NCBI GenBank assembly: GCA_963692865.2
Contig: OY843592.1
Coordinates: 1,773,690-1,837,689 of the forward strand
DNA length: 64,000 nucleotides
Direction of reading: 5' to 3'
Source of the DNA: a bacterium
GTDB lineage: Bacteria; UBA8248
Shown: one piece after another, positions 56,290 through 63,669 of the stretch
Layout of the letters: each line of letters starts with the position of its first letter
Numbering within the stretch: position 1 is the first letter of the stretch
The notes under the pieces: generated by a model
What the model was told of the DNA's origin: nothing
What the model saw: only the letters and a program-made list of their open reading frames with translations
Database searches by the model: none
Program-made: the position numbers and the translations under genes

Positions 56290-56690
56290 GTATCGCCCGC
56301 GGCGGGGGGCAAGTCAAAGGCGCGGGACGGCGGGGGGGCGCGTCCGCATCATCCGGGCGGCGTCGTTTCGTTCCCCCCTCAAGGGCCTGTTGAAAAACCC
56401 GTCCCTCTCGCGTCAACCACGTTCTGCCCGCGGGCCGGACGTGTATGTCCGGCCCGCAAAACCATCGCCTCACCCGCAGGGGCCGTTCGAGAACGGCCCT
56501 GCCCGGCGGAGAAACGGGCGCTTCTTTGCAGGGGTCGTAGGGGCCGCATACCATGCGGCCCGCGTCAGGCGGCGAAAAAGGCCGGGCCGCATGGTATGCG
56601 CGGGACAACCCCTCTTCGGGGTCGTCCCGCTGCGCCTCCCGTGTTTGACTTCGCCAGCCTTGAGTTTCTCTCCTCCCCGCTCCGCAATCA
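56290..56690. repeat. REP-like hairpin cluster
   Basis: Contains TGTTGAAAAACCCGTCCCTCTCGCGTCAACCACGTTCTGCCCG and the variant palindrome GGGCCGGACGTGTATGTCCGGCCC (56432-56455). GGGGCCGCATACCATGCGGCCC is also present. Confidence 0.7.
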
Positions 56691-57339
56691 AGCCTTGACA
56701 AAACCGCGGGGATTCCCGCAAAGTGGGTCCGCGCGGCGCAATCGACGGGGTGAATGACCGGCGGACGCCGCCTCCGGCGAGGCGGCCTTTCCGCAAAAGG
56801 CCGGAACGGGCGGCAAATTCACCTTGACAAGACGCGGAAGATTGTAGGAATATCGTGGTTGCGACACGTCCCACGAGGTGCAGTCGACTTCGGGCTGCCC
56901 GCTGAATACAAGACGGCCCTCCCCGAGAGGGGCGAAATAGGCGGGAACCCACCTCAAGAACTTCTTACCTTGTGGATTGTGTCGCGACCGGCCCGGACTG
57001 CACGCGCGGGCGGCCGCGCGGGACGGCGCAACCGGGAGAACAGCGAGCGGCGCTCAGGCCGCCCGCAGACGCGAGGGGAAAGGAGGCTCATCGGACGAGA
57101 CGCGAACGCGTCGGGAAACGCCTGTACCGGAACCGGCTTTGCGGCACGATTCACGAGGCGCGGTCATCCCCCGGTATGACGGTGGAAAATGAGGACCCGA
57201 CTCCCACCTCTGACGGAACGGCCAAGCGGGCCCGTCTCCGTCGACGATCCTCCTGTGGATTGTATGCCGAAGCGGAACGGACGGCGCGGGCGACCCACCC
57301 GCCGTCCTCCGCTCCGCTTTCATAAAGCACACAACCGGT

Positions 57340-57678
57340 TTTACGGCCCGGTCGATAGCACAACCACCACCGATAAGCGCACGGCCTATACGGGAACTCT
57401 CACCTGTCCTGCGGCCGGTTCGTGCGCCACTACCATTACCGGCAGCGGCGATAGCCAGACGATTGCGGTAACCGGCTACAAGTTCACGGGAAGCCGACAG
57501 GCCAGTCCGGCTGTTACTGCGTCGGACGGCGTGAGCGGACGAGAGCGCCACGGTGGCGCCCGGCTCCGTCGCGGGCACGTTCGGCGTTACCGGAACCGAC
57601 AAGATGGGGACGCCGGACGACGCCACGGACGACGTCACCACCAGCTACGTGGGCGCGTTCGGCGCGCACAAGCAGTAG
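57340..57678 (+). pseudogene. decayed paralogue of the lipoprotein gene at 59032-61020
   Basis: One frame gives ..TLTCPAAGSCATTITGSGDSQTIAVTGYKFTG.. (compare ..FICTGDICGPTYTITAGKFTTLPPGYLF.. in the intact gene). After a frame change, 57535-57678 gives ..APGSVAGTFGVTGTDKMGTPDDATDDVTTSYVGAFGAHKQ*. That compares with ..GSAAGTFGVTGGKDDDAMSIIGAFGAHNTQQ*. The 5' leader and 3' flank are also homologous. Confidence 0.6.
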
Positions 57679-57829
57679 AACGAAGCGCGATCGCTTCCGG
57701 CTCCGGGGCCGGGGCGGACGCATGAAGGATGAAAGATGGAAGACGAAGGATGACGGGAAAGACGCGCTCCGGCGGCCGGAAGGCGACGGAAGCGGGAGCC
57801 GCGCGGATGAGGGAGAGGAAAGAAGAAAA

Positions 57830-57934
57830 GGGGGGTGCCCGTTGGTTGCTTCCCTCGTGATAGAGCAAACTGTACCGCTCCCTGTTTAGAGTTTGAGTCC
57901 TCGAGCCGGGAACGGGAACAAGCGGGCATCCCCC
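57830..57934 (+). ncRNA. conserved 3'-flank structured element, copy A
   Basis: The closing stem pairs GGGGGGTGCCCGTTG (57830-57844) with CAAGCGGGCATCCCCC (57919-57934). Internal conserved blocks are TTGGTTGCT, AGAGCAAA, GTACCG and AGAGTTTGAGTCCTC. It is homologous to 61227-61333. Confidence 0.4.
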
Positions 57935-57972
57935 ACTCCCCTTATACGGATTTTCCCGGCGTTTGGCAAGAC

Positions 57973-58037
57973 GGAAAAAGGGCCGTCCCGCCCTCCCCGG
58001 AGGCTTCGCTCCGAACGGGCGGGCGGTTCCTTTTTTT
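57973..58037 (+). terminator. intrinsic-terminator-like hairpin with flanking A- and T-runs
   Basis: GGAAAAAGGGCCGTCCCGCCC .. GGGCGGGCGGTTCCTTTTTTT forms a GC-rich stem followed by T7. The upstream A5 would allow bidirectional function. Confidence 0.45.
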
Positions 58038-58049
58038 CGCGCGTGAGGG

Positions 58050-58360
58050 CCGGGCCCGGCGCGATGATCCCGCAGGGGCCGCACCGAACGGCGCCCGTAG
58101 GGGTCGCATATCATGCGACCCGCATATCGAACGGGGAGGGCCGCATAATATGCGGCCCCTACGGTGAGATCCCGACCGGCCCGCAAGGGCTTTTTCAACA
58201 GCCCCCTCAAGGGGGGAGTGGTTGTTCGCCGCCCCTCCGGCAACGGGCCGCATGGTATGCGGCCCCTGCAAACAAATTGTCTCTCTCCGGCTTTTCCAAC
58301 AGCCCCCTCAAGGGGGGAGTGGTTGTATGCCTCGCGCGTGGCGGGATTCCCCCCCCCAGG
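58050..58360. repeat. REP-like hairpin cluster
   Basis: Contains GGGGTCGCATATCATGCGACCC, GGGCCGCATAATATGCGGCCCCTAC and GGGCCGCATGGTATGCGGCCCCTGC. Two copies of TTTT(T/C)CAACAGCCCCCTCAAGGGGGGAGTGGTTGT are also present. Confidence 0.75.
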
Positions 58361-58363
58361 GCC

Positions 58364-58409
58364 GAAGTTGCGCGCAAATCCAAATAGAAGTTGCGCGCAA
58401 ATCCAAATA
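58364..58409 (+). promoter_or_regulatory. tandem 23-bp direct repeat, each with the palindrome TTGCGCGCAA
   Basis: GAAGTTGCGCGCAAATCCAAATA occurs twice (58364-58386 and 58387-58409). It lies immediately upstream of a TTGACA hexamer. Confidence 0.45.
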
Positions 58410-58414
58410 AAGGC

Positions 58415-58444
58415 TTGACAAACCCGAAGAAATTGCCGCACTAT
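58415..58444 (+). promoter_or_regulatory. sigma70-like promoter candidate for the lipoprotein leader
   Basis: TTGACA (58415-58420), an 18-nt spacer, then CACTAT (58439-58444). A related AAGCCTTGACAAAACC is present at about 56688 upstream of the decayed paralogue. Confidence 0.3.
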
Positions 58445-58638
58445 CCCAAGAGTCAAGCGATGCGCGAGAGCGGCGACCCTTCGCCCGCCGATTACCACCC
58501 GCCCCTCATTCGCGGGGCCGGGGAGAGCGGGCGCGGAGCGGCGCTCAGGCGCATCGCGAGAAGGCGGCCCGGTAAAGCGAAGACCCGAAAGACGCCGGGC
58601 GCGCGCGGACGACATCACGAGGCAGAGGACTCAAACCC

Positions 58639-58677
58639 ATGAAGCGCTACGCCACAAAACCACCTCCAGTCTCGTGA
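58639..58677 (+). CDS. leader uORF 1 (MKRYATKPPPVS)
   Basis: ATG is 8 nt after GAGGAC (58625-58630). There are 12 sense codons, then TGA. It is a paralogue of uORF 2. Confidence 0.4.
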   Translation: MKRYATKPPPVS

Positions 58678-58813
58678 ATCATCCGGCGGCCGGCCCTTAG
58701 GCCCGCTCGCGCGGGCGGCGGGAACCGGTTTCCTTCCGGCGGCCCGCGCAAGGCGGCGGGCCCGGCGGGCGCCGGCGAAGCGGCAGACATCACGAGGCGG
58801 AGGACTCGAACCC

Positions 58814-58852
58814 ATGAAGAAGTGCGCCGTAAAACCCCCTCCAACCTCGTAA
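58814..58852 (+). CDS. leader uORF 2 (MKKCAVKPPPTS)
   Basis: It has the same SD context (ATCACGAGGCGGAGGACTCGAACCC-ATG) and the same length and frame logic, ending in TAA. One Pro codon change is synonymous (CCA to CCC). Confidence 0.4.
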   Translation: MKKCAVKPPPTS

Positions 58853-59031
58853 ACCGCCCAGTGAACGGCCCGGCGCCCCGGCGCCGGTTCGAAACGCATA
58901 CTCGAATGCCCGATAACGGAGGATGCCGAGAAAGTCGGAAACACCAGGAAAGGAGGTTCTTCAATCCACGAGTTTCGGTTTTGTTGTTGTCAAAGCTCTT
59001 TTTATCACGAGACTAGGAGGACTCAAAAGTG

Positions 59032-61020
59032 ATGAAGATCACCGGAAACAGAATCTTTTCATTCATGCTGGCGGCGGCCTTCGCGCTGACGCTGGCGGGC
59101 TGCGGCGGAGGCGGCGGCGGGACGCCGGCGGCAGCGAAGTGTCCTGACGGTCAGGTCGGGACGCCCCCGAACTGCACGACCCCGCCGCCGAAGGCGACGG
59201 ACGACGAGAAGTTCGCCGCGCGGGCGGCGAGAGACAGAGCCGAGACCGCCAGGATGGACGCGATGGCCGCGATGGGCGGCGACGACGGCTCGGTCGCCAT
59301 GACCGCAGCGGCCGCGACGGCGGCGGCCGGTTCCGCGAGCGCCGCGGCCGATTCCGCGAGCATGGCCATGGCCGGGCGGACGGACTACGCGAACGCCAAG
59401 AAGGCGAGCGATGAAGCCGCCGGCGAGAACACGAAGGCCGCGACCGCGAAGACGGCGGCCGACGGCGCGCAGACCGCTCTGGATGATGCCGTCACGGTCT
59501 ATAACGCGGCGGTGGACGGTCAGGACATCGAGACGAAGGCCGGCGCGCTCGCCATCAAGGCGGCCGCCGACACGCTCAGGGCCGCCGCCATGAAGGCGCA
59601 GGCGGACGCCGCGAAGGCGCAGGCGGACGCGGAAGCGGCGAGAGACGCGGCGAAGTCCGATGCGGCCGATGCGGCGAAGTACGCCGCCATGCACGTCCTG
59701 GGCTTGCTCAAGGCGGCGAACCCGGCGGACGATCCCGACACCGACGGTGATAACCAGAACGAAAACGCCAACCGCGTGAAGGCCGTGACGGCCTCCATGA
59801 CCTCGGCGGCAGGCGCAACCCCGGGTGATGGAAACCAGAGAGAAGGTGGAAGCAATATTACGGTCACCATTTCGTATAACCGTTCAGCGGCGGAAGATGA
59901 CGAAGACACGAAGGACGTGGATGAGTCCGCCCCGGTATATGCCTTCGCGGTTACAGGTCCCGTGGAAATTACGAACGACGAGTTCACAGCCGATACCCCC
60001 ACCGCCAAAAAGAAAGATCTGATGGACCTGGGCGGGTTCAAGGGTTTCGAGTTGGAGAAGACCACTGGCGGCAGCACCACTTATGTCCACGCCTACACGG
60101 ACATCACAGCGCAAAAGATACATACGACGCCGGTTGTGAAGACACAGGGCCCAGATGTTGGCAACCCTGCAAGTACCCAAGCCGACGCCACCGCGCCCTC
60201 CGGTTGGAGTCCCGGCAAAGGCGAAGCCCATTCCTTCATGGGAAAGTATGACCATGATAATGACACTGCAACTAAATCGCTTTCGGGCGTGTTCATCTGT
60301 ACCGGAGACATCTGTGGCCCCACATATACGATAACGGCCGGGAAATTCACGACGCTTCCCCCTGGCTACCTCTTCAGGCCCGATCCGGTGACGACGGGCG
60401 GGGAGCCCACGCTGGACAGCGATTTCACTCAAGATGGAGACCAATTCGATCGCGACGGCGATTTCCTGACCTTCGGCGTCTGGCTGCAAGTTCCGGACAC
60501 GACTGGCGCTAGCAACACCCCTGATAGTATATCGAGCGGCGTGTTCGCGAGCGGCAACGACCCGTACACGGTGACTGTGGCCCGTACGGGCACGGCGTCG
60601 TATAGCGGCCCGGCCGTGGGCGTCAAGTCGATGGGCGGCGCCGTGAGCCACGTGGACGGCACCGCCAGCCTGGATGTGAATTTCGGCACGAAACCCGAGG
60701 AGGGCGATGACACTTCCATGGGAACCATCGAAGGGACGGTCAGCTTGGGCGCGGACACGATCAGGCTCATCAGAAGCAACATCGATGCTGACGGCGGCGG
60801 TTTCAATGGAAATACGTCGATGGGACCGATAAACGACACAACCGCCGCGTATAAGTACAACGGCAAGTTCGGCGGCAGGTTCTATGGTCCGGACACGGAT
60901 TCCGATGGAGACGCCATCGAGCCCGGCTCCGCCGCGGGCACCTTCGGCGTAACCGGCGGTAAGGACGACGACGCCATGAGCATCATCGGCGCGTTCGGCG
61001 CGCACAACACGCAGCAGTAG
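59032..61020 (+). CDS. lipoprotein with C-terminal TbpB/fHbp-type beta-barrel domain (surface-lipoprotein-like)
   Basis: AGGAGGA SD. The lipobox is ..ALTLAGC followed by a Gly linker, then an Ala-rich helical region. The C-terminus YSGPAVG..ASLDVNFG..GTIEGTV..FNG..GKFGGRFYGP..EPGSAAGTFGV..IIGAFGAH matches the TbpB_B_D-like barrel pattern. The track start GTG 59029 is also possible. Confidence 0.65.
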   Translation: MKITGNRIFSFMLAAAFALTLAGCGGGGGGTPAAAKCPDGQVGTPPNCTTPPPKATDDEKFAARAARDRAETARMDAMAAMGGDDGSVAMTAAAATAAAGSASAAADSASMAMAGRTDYANAKKASDEAAGENTKAATAKTAADGAQTALDDAVTVYNAAVDGQDIETKAGALAIKAAADTLRAAAMKAQADAAKAQADAEAARDAAKSDAADAAKYAAMHVLGLLKAANPADDPDTDGDNQNENANRVKAVTASMTSAAGATPGDGNQREGGSNITVTISYNRSAAEDDEDTKDVDESAPVYAFAVTGPVEITNDEFTADTPTAKKKDLMDLGGFKGFELEKTTGGSTTYVHAYTDITAQKIHTTPVVKTQGPDVGNPASTQADATAPSGWSPGKGEAHSFMGKYDHDNDTATKSLSGVFICTGDICGPTYTITAGKFTTLPPGYLFRPDPVTTGGEPTLDSDFTQDGDQFDRDGDFLTFGVWLQVPDTTGASNTPDSISSGVFASGNDPYTVTVARTGTASYSGPAVGVKSMGGAVSHVDGTASLDVNFGTKPEEGDDTSMGTIEGTVSLGADTIRLIRSNIDADGGGFNGNTSMGPINDTTAAYKYNGKFGGRFYGPDTDSDGDAIEPGSAAGTFGVTGGKDDDAMSIIGAFGAHNTQQ

Positions 61021-61226
61021 AACGAGTAACGACGCCTTCCGGCTTCGGGGCCTTTGCAAGATGGCCCCGGGGCCGGGGCGGATGCATGAAGGATGAAGGA
61101 TGGAAGACGTAGGAAAGCGGGAAAGACGCGCTCCGGCGCCCGCGGGCGGCTGAAGGACGGAAAGAGAAGCGGATTACCGGCGAGAGAGAGTGAAGCGCCG
61201 GGGGAGCGGGGCGCGAGGGAAGAACC

Positions 61227-61333
61227 GGGGGTTACTCATTGGTTGCTCTACATCGTCGAGAGCAAAAGGTACCGGCCCATGCGACAGAGTTTGAGTCCTC
61301 TTCGGCGTGGCAAGGGAGCAATGAGTAACCCCC
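61227..61333 (+). ncRNA. conserved 3'UTR structured element, copy B
   Basis: A perfect 15-bp closing stem pairs GGGGGTTACTCATTG (61227-61241) with CAATGAGTAACCCCC (61319-61333). An inner hairpin is TTGCTCT/AGAGCAA. The AGAG-TTTGAGTC-CTCT hairpin (61286-61301) carries GTTTGAGTCCTC. Confidence 0.45.
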
Positions 61334-61399
61334 ACCGCTCTCTATACGCGCATTCCCCGGGTTTGGCAACCCCCCGAGCGGCGTGACCGCCCCGGCGCG

Positions 61400-61860
61400 G
61401 CAAGGGGACGGAAAAAGGCCGCCGCTCAGGATCGCGCCGTAGGTCGGACATATATGTCCGACATACCATGCGACCCGGCCTTTCCGCCCCTCCGCAACGG
61501 GCCGCATGATATGCGGCCCCTACAAACAAATTGTCTCTCTCCGGCTTTTTCAACCCCCCCCTCCCCGGGGAAGTCCGCCGCTCAGGATCGCGCCGTAGGT
61601 CGGACATATATGTCCGACATATCATGCGACCCGTTGCGGAGAGGGGCGGCGAACAATCACTCCCCCTCAAGGGGTTGTTGAAAAACCTGGCCCTCTCGGA
61701 TCAACCACGTTTTACCCGCAGGTCGGACATATATGTCCAACATATCATGCGACCCGTATTGTGAAGGCGAAAAAGCCGGGCCGCATGATATGCGGCCCCT
61801 ACAATAGAAACGACAATGACGGCGGTGGTCAATCCGAGCGAGGAGGGGGGGGCGCGGCGT
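61400..61860. repeat. REP-like hairpin cluster between convergent operons
   Basis: Contains three GTCGGACATATATGTCC(G/A)AC palindromes (61443-61462, 61599-61618, 61722-61741). Two GGGCCGCATGATATGCGGCCCCTACAA hairpins and TTGTTGAAAAACC modules are also present. Confidence 0.8.
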
Positions 61861-61865
61861 CCGGC

Positions 61866-62441
61866 TCACTTCAAGTCCGCGAACGGACCCGGGTCCGCCT
61901 CCAGCCCCAGGTAGTTCGCGCGGATGTGGTTCCACAGGGCGAGCTTCGTCCAGTCGGCGGTTTCGAGCACGCGGTAGTTCCGGTCGAAGAACGGGTTGGG
62001 GAGGTGGAAGGTCGTCATCTGCTCGCCGCGCCCGTTCAGGAGCGCCATCGAATAGCTCACCGGCGCGTGGCCCGCGACGGGCGGGTTCTGGTAAATCCTG
62101 AGCAGGGTCGCCCGCGCGCACCTTCTCCACCGCGCAAGCTCCGGCGGGCAGGTACGCCGCTCGTCGCCCCGGTGCTCGCCGATGCACAGGTGGAAGTGCC
62201 AGTCGCCGAGATCGACCGTGAGGTAGCCGTCGAGGTAGCCGATCCGGCGGGGCGGGTCTTTCATGCGGTATTCGAACACGGCCCCCTGGATGCAGTGCCC
62301 GAAGACGATCGACTCGTAGTGGTTATCGAGGAGGTCGCGGAGGAGGGTCTCGAGGAGTTCGCGTCCGGGCCGGAACTCCCAGACGGAATGGAGGCTGCCG
62401 TCGGGGCCGGTTTCTTCGCGGTATTGCGCGTCCGTCTTCAT
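61866..62441 (-). CDS. hypothetical protein (last gene of the TonB/ABC uptake operon)
   Basis: 191-aa ORF. Only a weak pattern-level resemblance to ChuX/HutX-type haem-utilisation proteins (..GYLDGYLTVDLGDWHFHLCIGE..), so the function is not asserted. Confidence 0.5.
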   Translation of the reverse strand: MKTDAQYREETGPDGSLHSVWEFRPGRELLETLLRDLLDNHYESIVFGHCIQGAVFEYRMKDPPRRIGYLDGYLTVDLGDWHFHLCIGEHRGDERRTCPPELARWRRCARATLLRIYQNPPVAGHAPVSYSMALLNGRGEQMTTFHLPNPFFDRNYRVLETADWTKLALWNHIRANYLGLEADPGPFADLK

Positions 62442-62476
62442 GCGGGACTCCTTGTGCGAGGCGCGCCGCTCTTGGG

Positions 62477-62887
62477 CTAATCGGTCGTTCGCGTGAGAGT
62501 ATAGCGTATGGTGAGGACGAGCGTCTTATCGAGCCGGGGCAGGGGCGCCGCTTTCCGCACCGCATCGAGCGTGGCGGCGTCCAGGTGGGCGTTGCCCGAG
62601 GTCTTCTTGATCCGCAAACCCGCAAGCCGCCCGTCCGGCAGCACCCGGAAGCTCACCGTGGCCGCGCCCTCCGCCCCCGATTCGCGCGCGAGCGCGGGAT
62701 AATGCCGGTGGCGCCTGATGCGAGCGAGGATCGCCTGAAGCCGGGCGTCGGCGTCCATCCGGGCCCGGCGCTTCCTGAAGGTGAAGGAGGGCGCATCCAC
62801 GGTCGTCTCTATCTCCTGGGCGGGCAGCGGCGCGGGGGCGGAGAGCAGGAACAGCGCGAGCGCGATGAGAATGACGGCCGCTCTCAT
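62477..62887 (-). CDS. TonB C-terminal-domain protein
   Basis: Signal or anchor MRAAVILIALALFLLSAP. ..YPALARESGAEGAATVSFRVLPDGRLAGLRIKKTSGNAHLDAATLDAVRKA.. is the TonB_C fold signature. Confidence 0.75.
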   Translation of the reverse strand: MRAAVILIALALFLLSAPAPLPAQEIETTVDAPSFTFRKRRARMDADARLQAILARIRRHRHYPALARESGAEGAATVSFRVLPDGRLAGLRIKKTSGNAHLDAATLDAVRKAAPLPRLDKTLVLTIRYTLTRTTD

Positions 62888-63669
62888 CCCTTCTCCTCCG
62901 GCGCGCGCATGACGAAGAACCGCTCCTCCCCGCCGTTTACCGCGATGATCTCGGCGCGCACCTCGAACGCCTTCTCGATGAGCCGGGGCGTCAGGACGCT
63001 CCCGGCGTCTCCCTGGGCGAGTATCTCTCCCCGGTGGAGCAGGAGCAGTTCGTCGCAGAAGCGGCCCGCGAGGTTCAAGTCGTGAACCGAGACCACCACG
63101 GCGCGGCCCTCGCGCGCCTGCGCGCGCAGGATGGCGAGGATGTCGAGGCAGTGCCTCGCGTCCAGGTTCGCGAAGGGCTCGTCCAGCAGCAGGACGGGCG
63201 TTTGCGCGGCGAGCGTCCTCGCGATCAGGACGCGCTGCAGCTCACCGCCCGAGAGTTCGTTGATCGCGCGGTTCGCCAAGTCTCCCGCGTCCACGCCGCG
63301 AAGGGCGGCGTCCACCGCCGCGCGGTCGGCGTCGTTCTCGGGGGCGAGCCTGCCCTGGCGGGGGTATCTCCCCATCATCACCGTCTCCTCGACCCGGAAG
63401 GGAAAGGCGGGTTCGTGCTTCTGGGCGAGATAGCCCACGCGGCGCGCGGTTTCCCGCCTGTCGAACGAATCGATGGATTCGCCGTTGAGCGTAATGCGCC
63501 CGCTCTTCAGGGGCGCGAGACCCGCCAGCGCGCGCAGGAGCGTCGTCTTGCCCGCGCCGTTCGCGCCGATGACGCCCGTGAGCGCGCCGGGCCCGAATTC
63601 GGCCGATACGCCCCGGAGCGCCTCTCTCTCGCCGAGTTCGACGGTAACGTTCTCCGCTCTTATCCGCAT
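62884..63669 (-). CDS. iron/haem/cobalamin-type ABC transporter ATP-binding protein (FecE/HmuV-like)
   Basis: The start is set at the internal ATG 63669 (MRIRAENVTVELG..), overlapping the permease stop. It has Walker A GANGAGKTT, signature LSGGELQRVLIA and Walker B LLLDEP. The longer N-terminus in the track is Arg/Gly junk. Confidence 0.8.
   Translation of the reverse strand: MRIRAENVTVELGEREALRGVSAEFGPGALTGVIGANGAGKTTLLRALAGLAPLKSGRITLNGESIDSFDRRETARRVGYLAQKHEPAFPFRVEETVMMGRYPRQGRLAPENDADRAAVDAALRGVDAGDLANRAINELSGGELQRVLIARTLAAQTPVLLLDEPFANLDARHCLDILAILRAQAREGRAVVVSVHDLNLAGRFCDELLLLHRGEILAQGDAGSVLTPRLIEKAFEVRAEIIAVNGGEERFFVMRAPEEKG

Noticed and set aside
56850-57150. Cobalamin (or other) riboswitch in the lipoprotein and TonB-region leaders
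   Set aside because: The context (TonB/BtuCD-like genes) made it plausible, and there are GGGAA- and GNRA-hairpin-like pieces. I could not find the B12 box (..GCCACTG.. / AGYCMGG..GCC) or any other recognisable riboswitch core in 56850-57150 or 58445-58610.
61227-61333. Integron attC site or MITE as an explanation for the 15-bp inverted repeat
   Set aside because: No RYYYAAC/GTTRRRY core sites and no integrase were found. The arms differ between the two copies while remaining complementary, whereas transposase-recognised inverted repeats would be conserved in sequence.
61093-61386. 97-aa ORF covering the 3' structured element (and the analogous ORFs after 57720)
   Set aside because: The two homologous copies keep nucleotide blocks but not a common reading frame or stop position. 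The composition is Arg/Gly-rich. Conservation is better explained at the RNA or DNA structure level.
61400-61860. Possible CRISPR array (recurring palindromic ~20-30-bp units)
   Set aside because: The spacing is irregular. The sequences between the units are themselves repeated modules. The same units are scattered singly across the window in both orientations. No cas genes are present. This fits REP/BIME-like clusters, not CRISPR.
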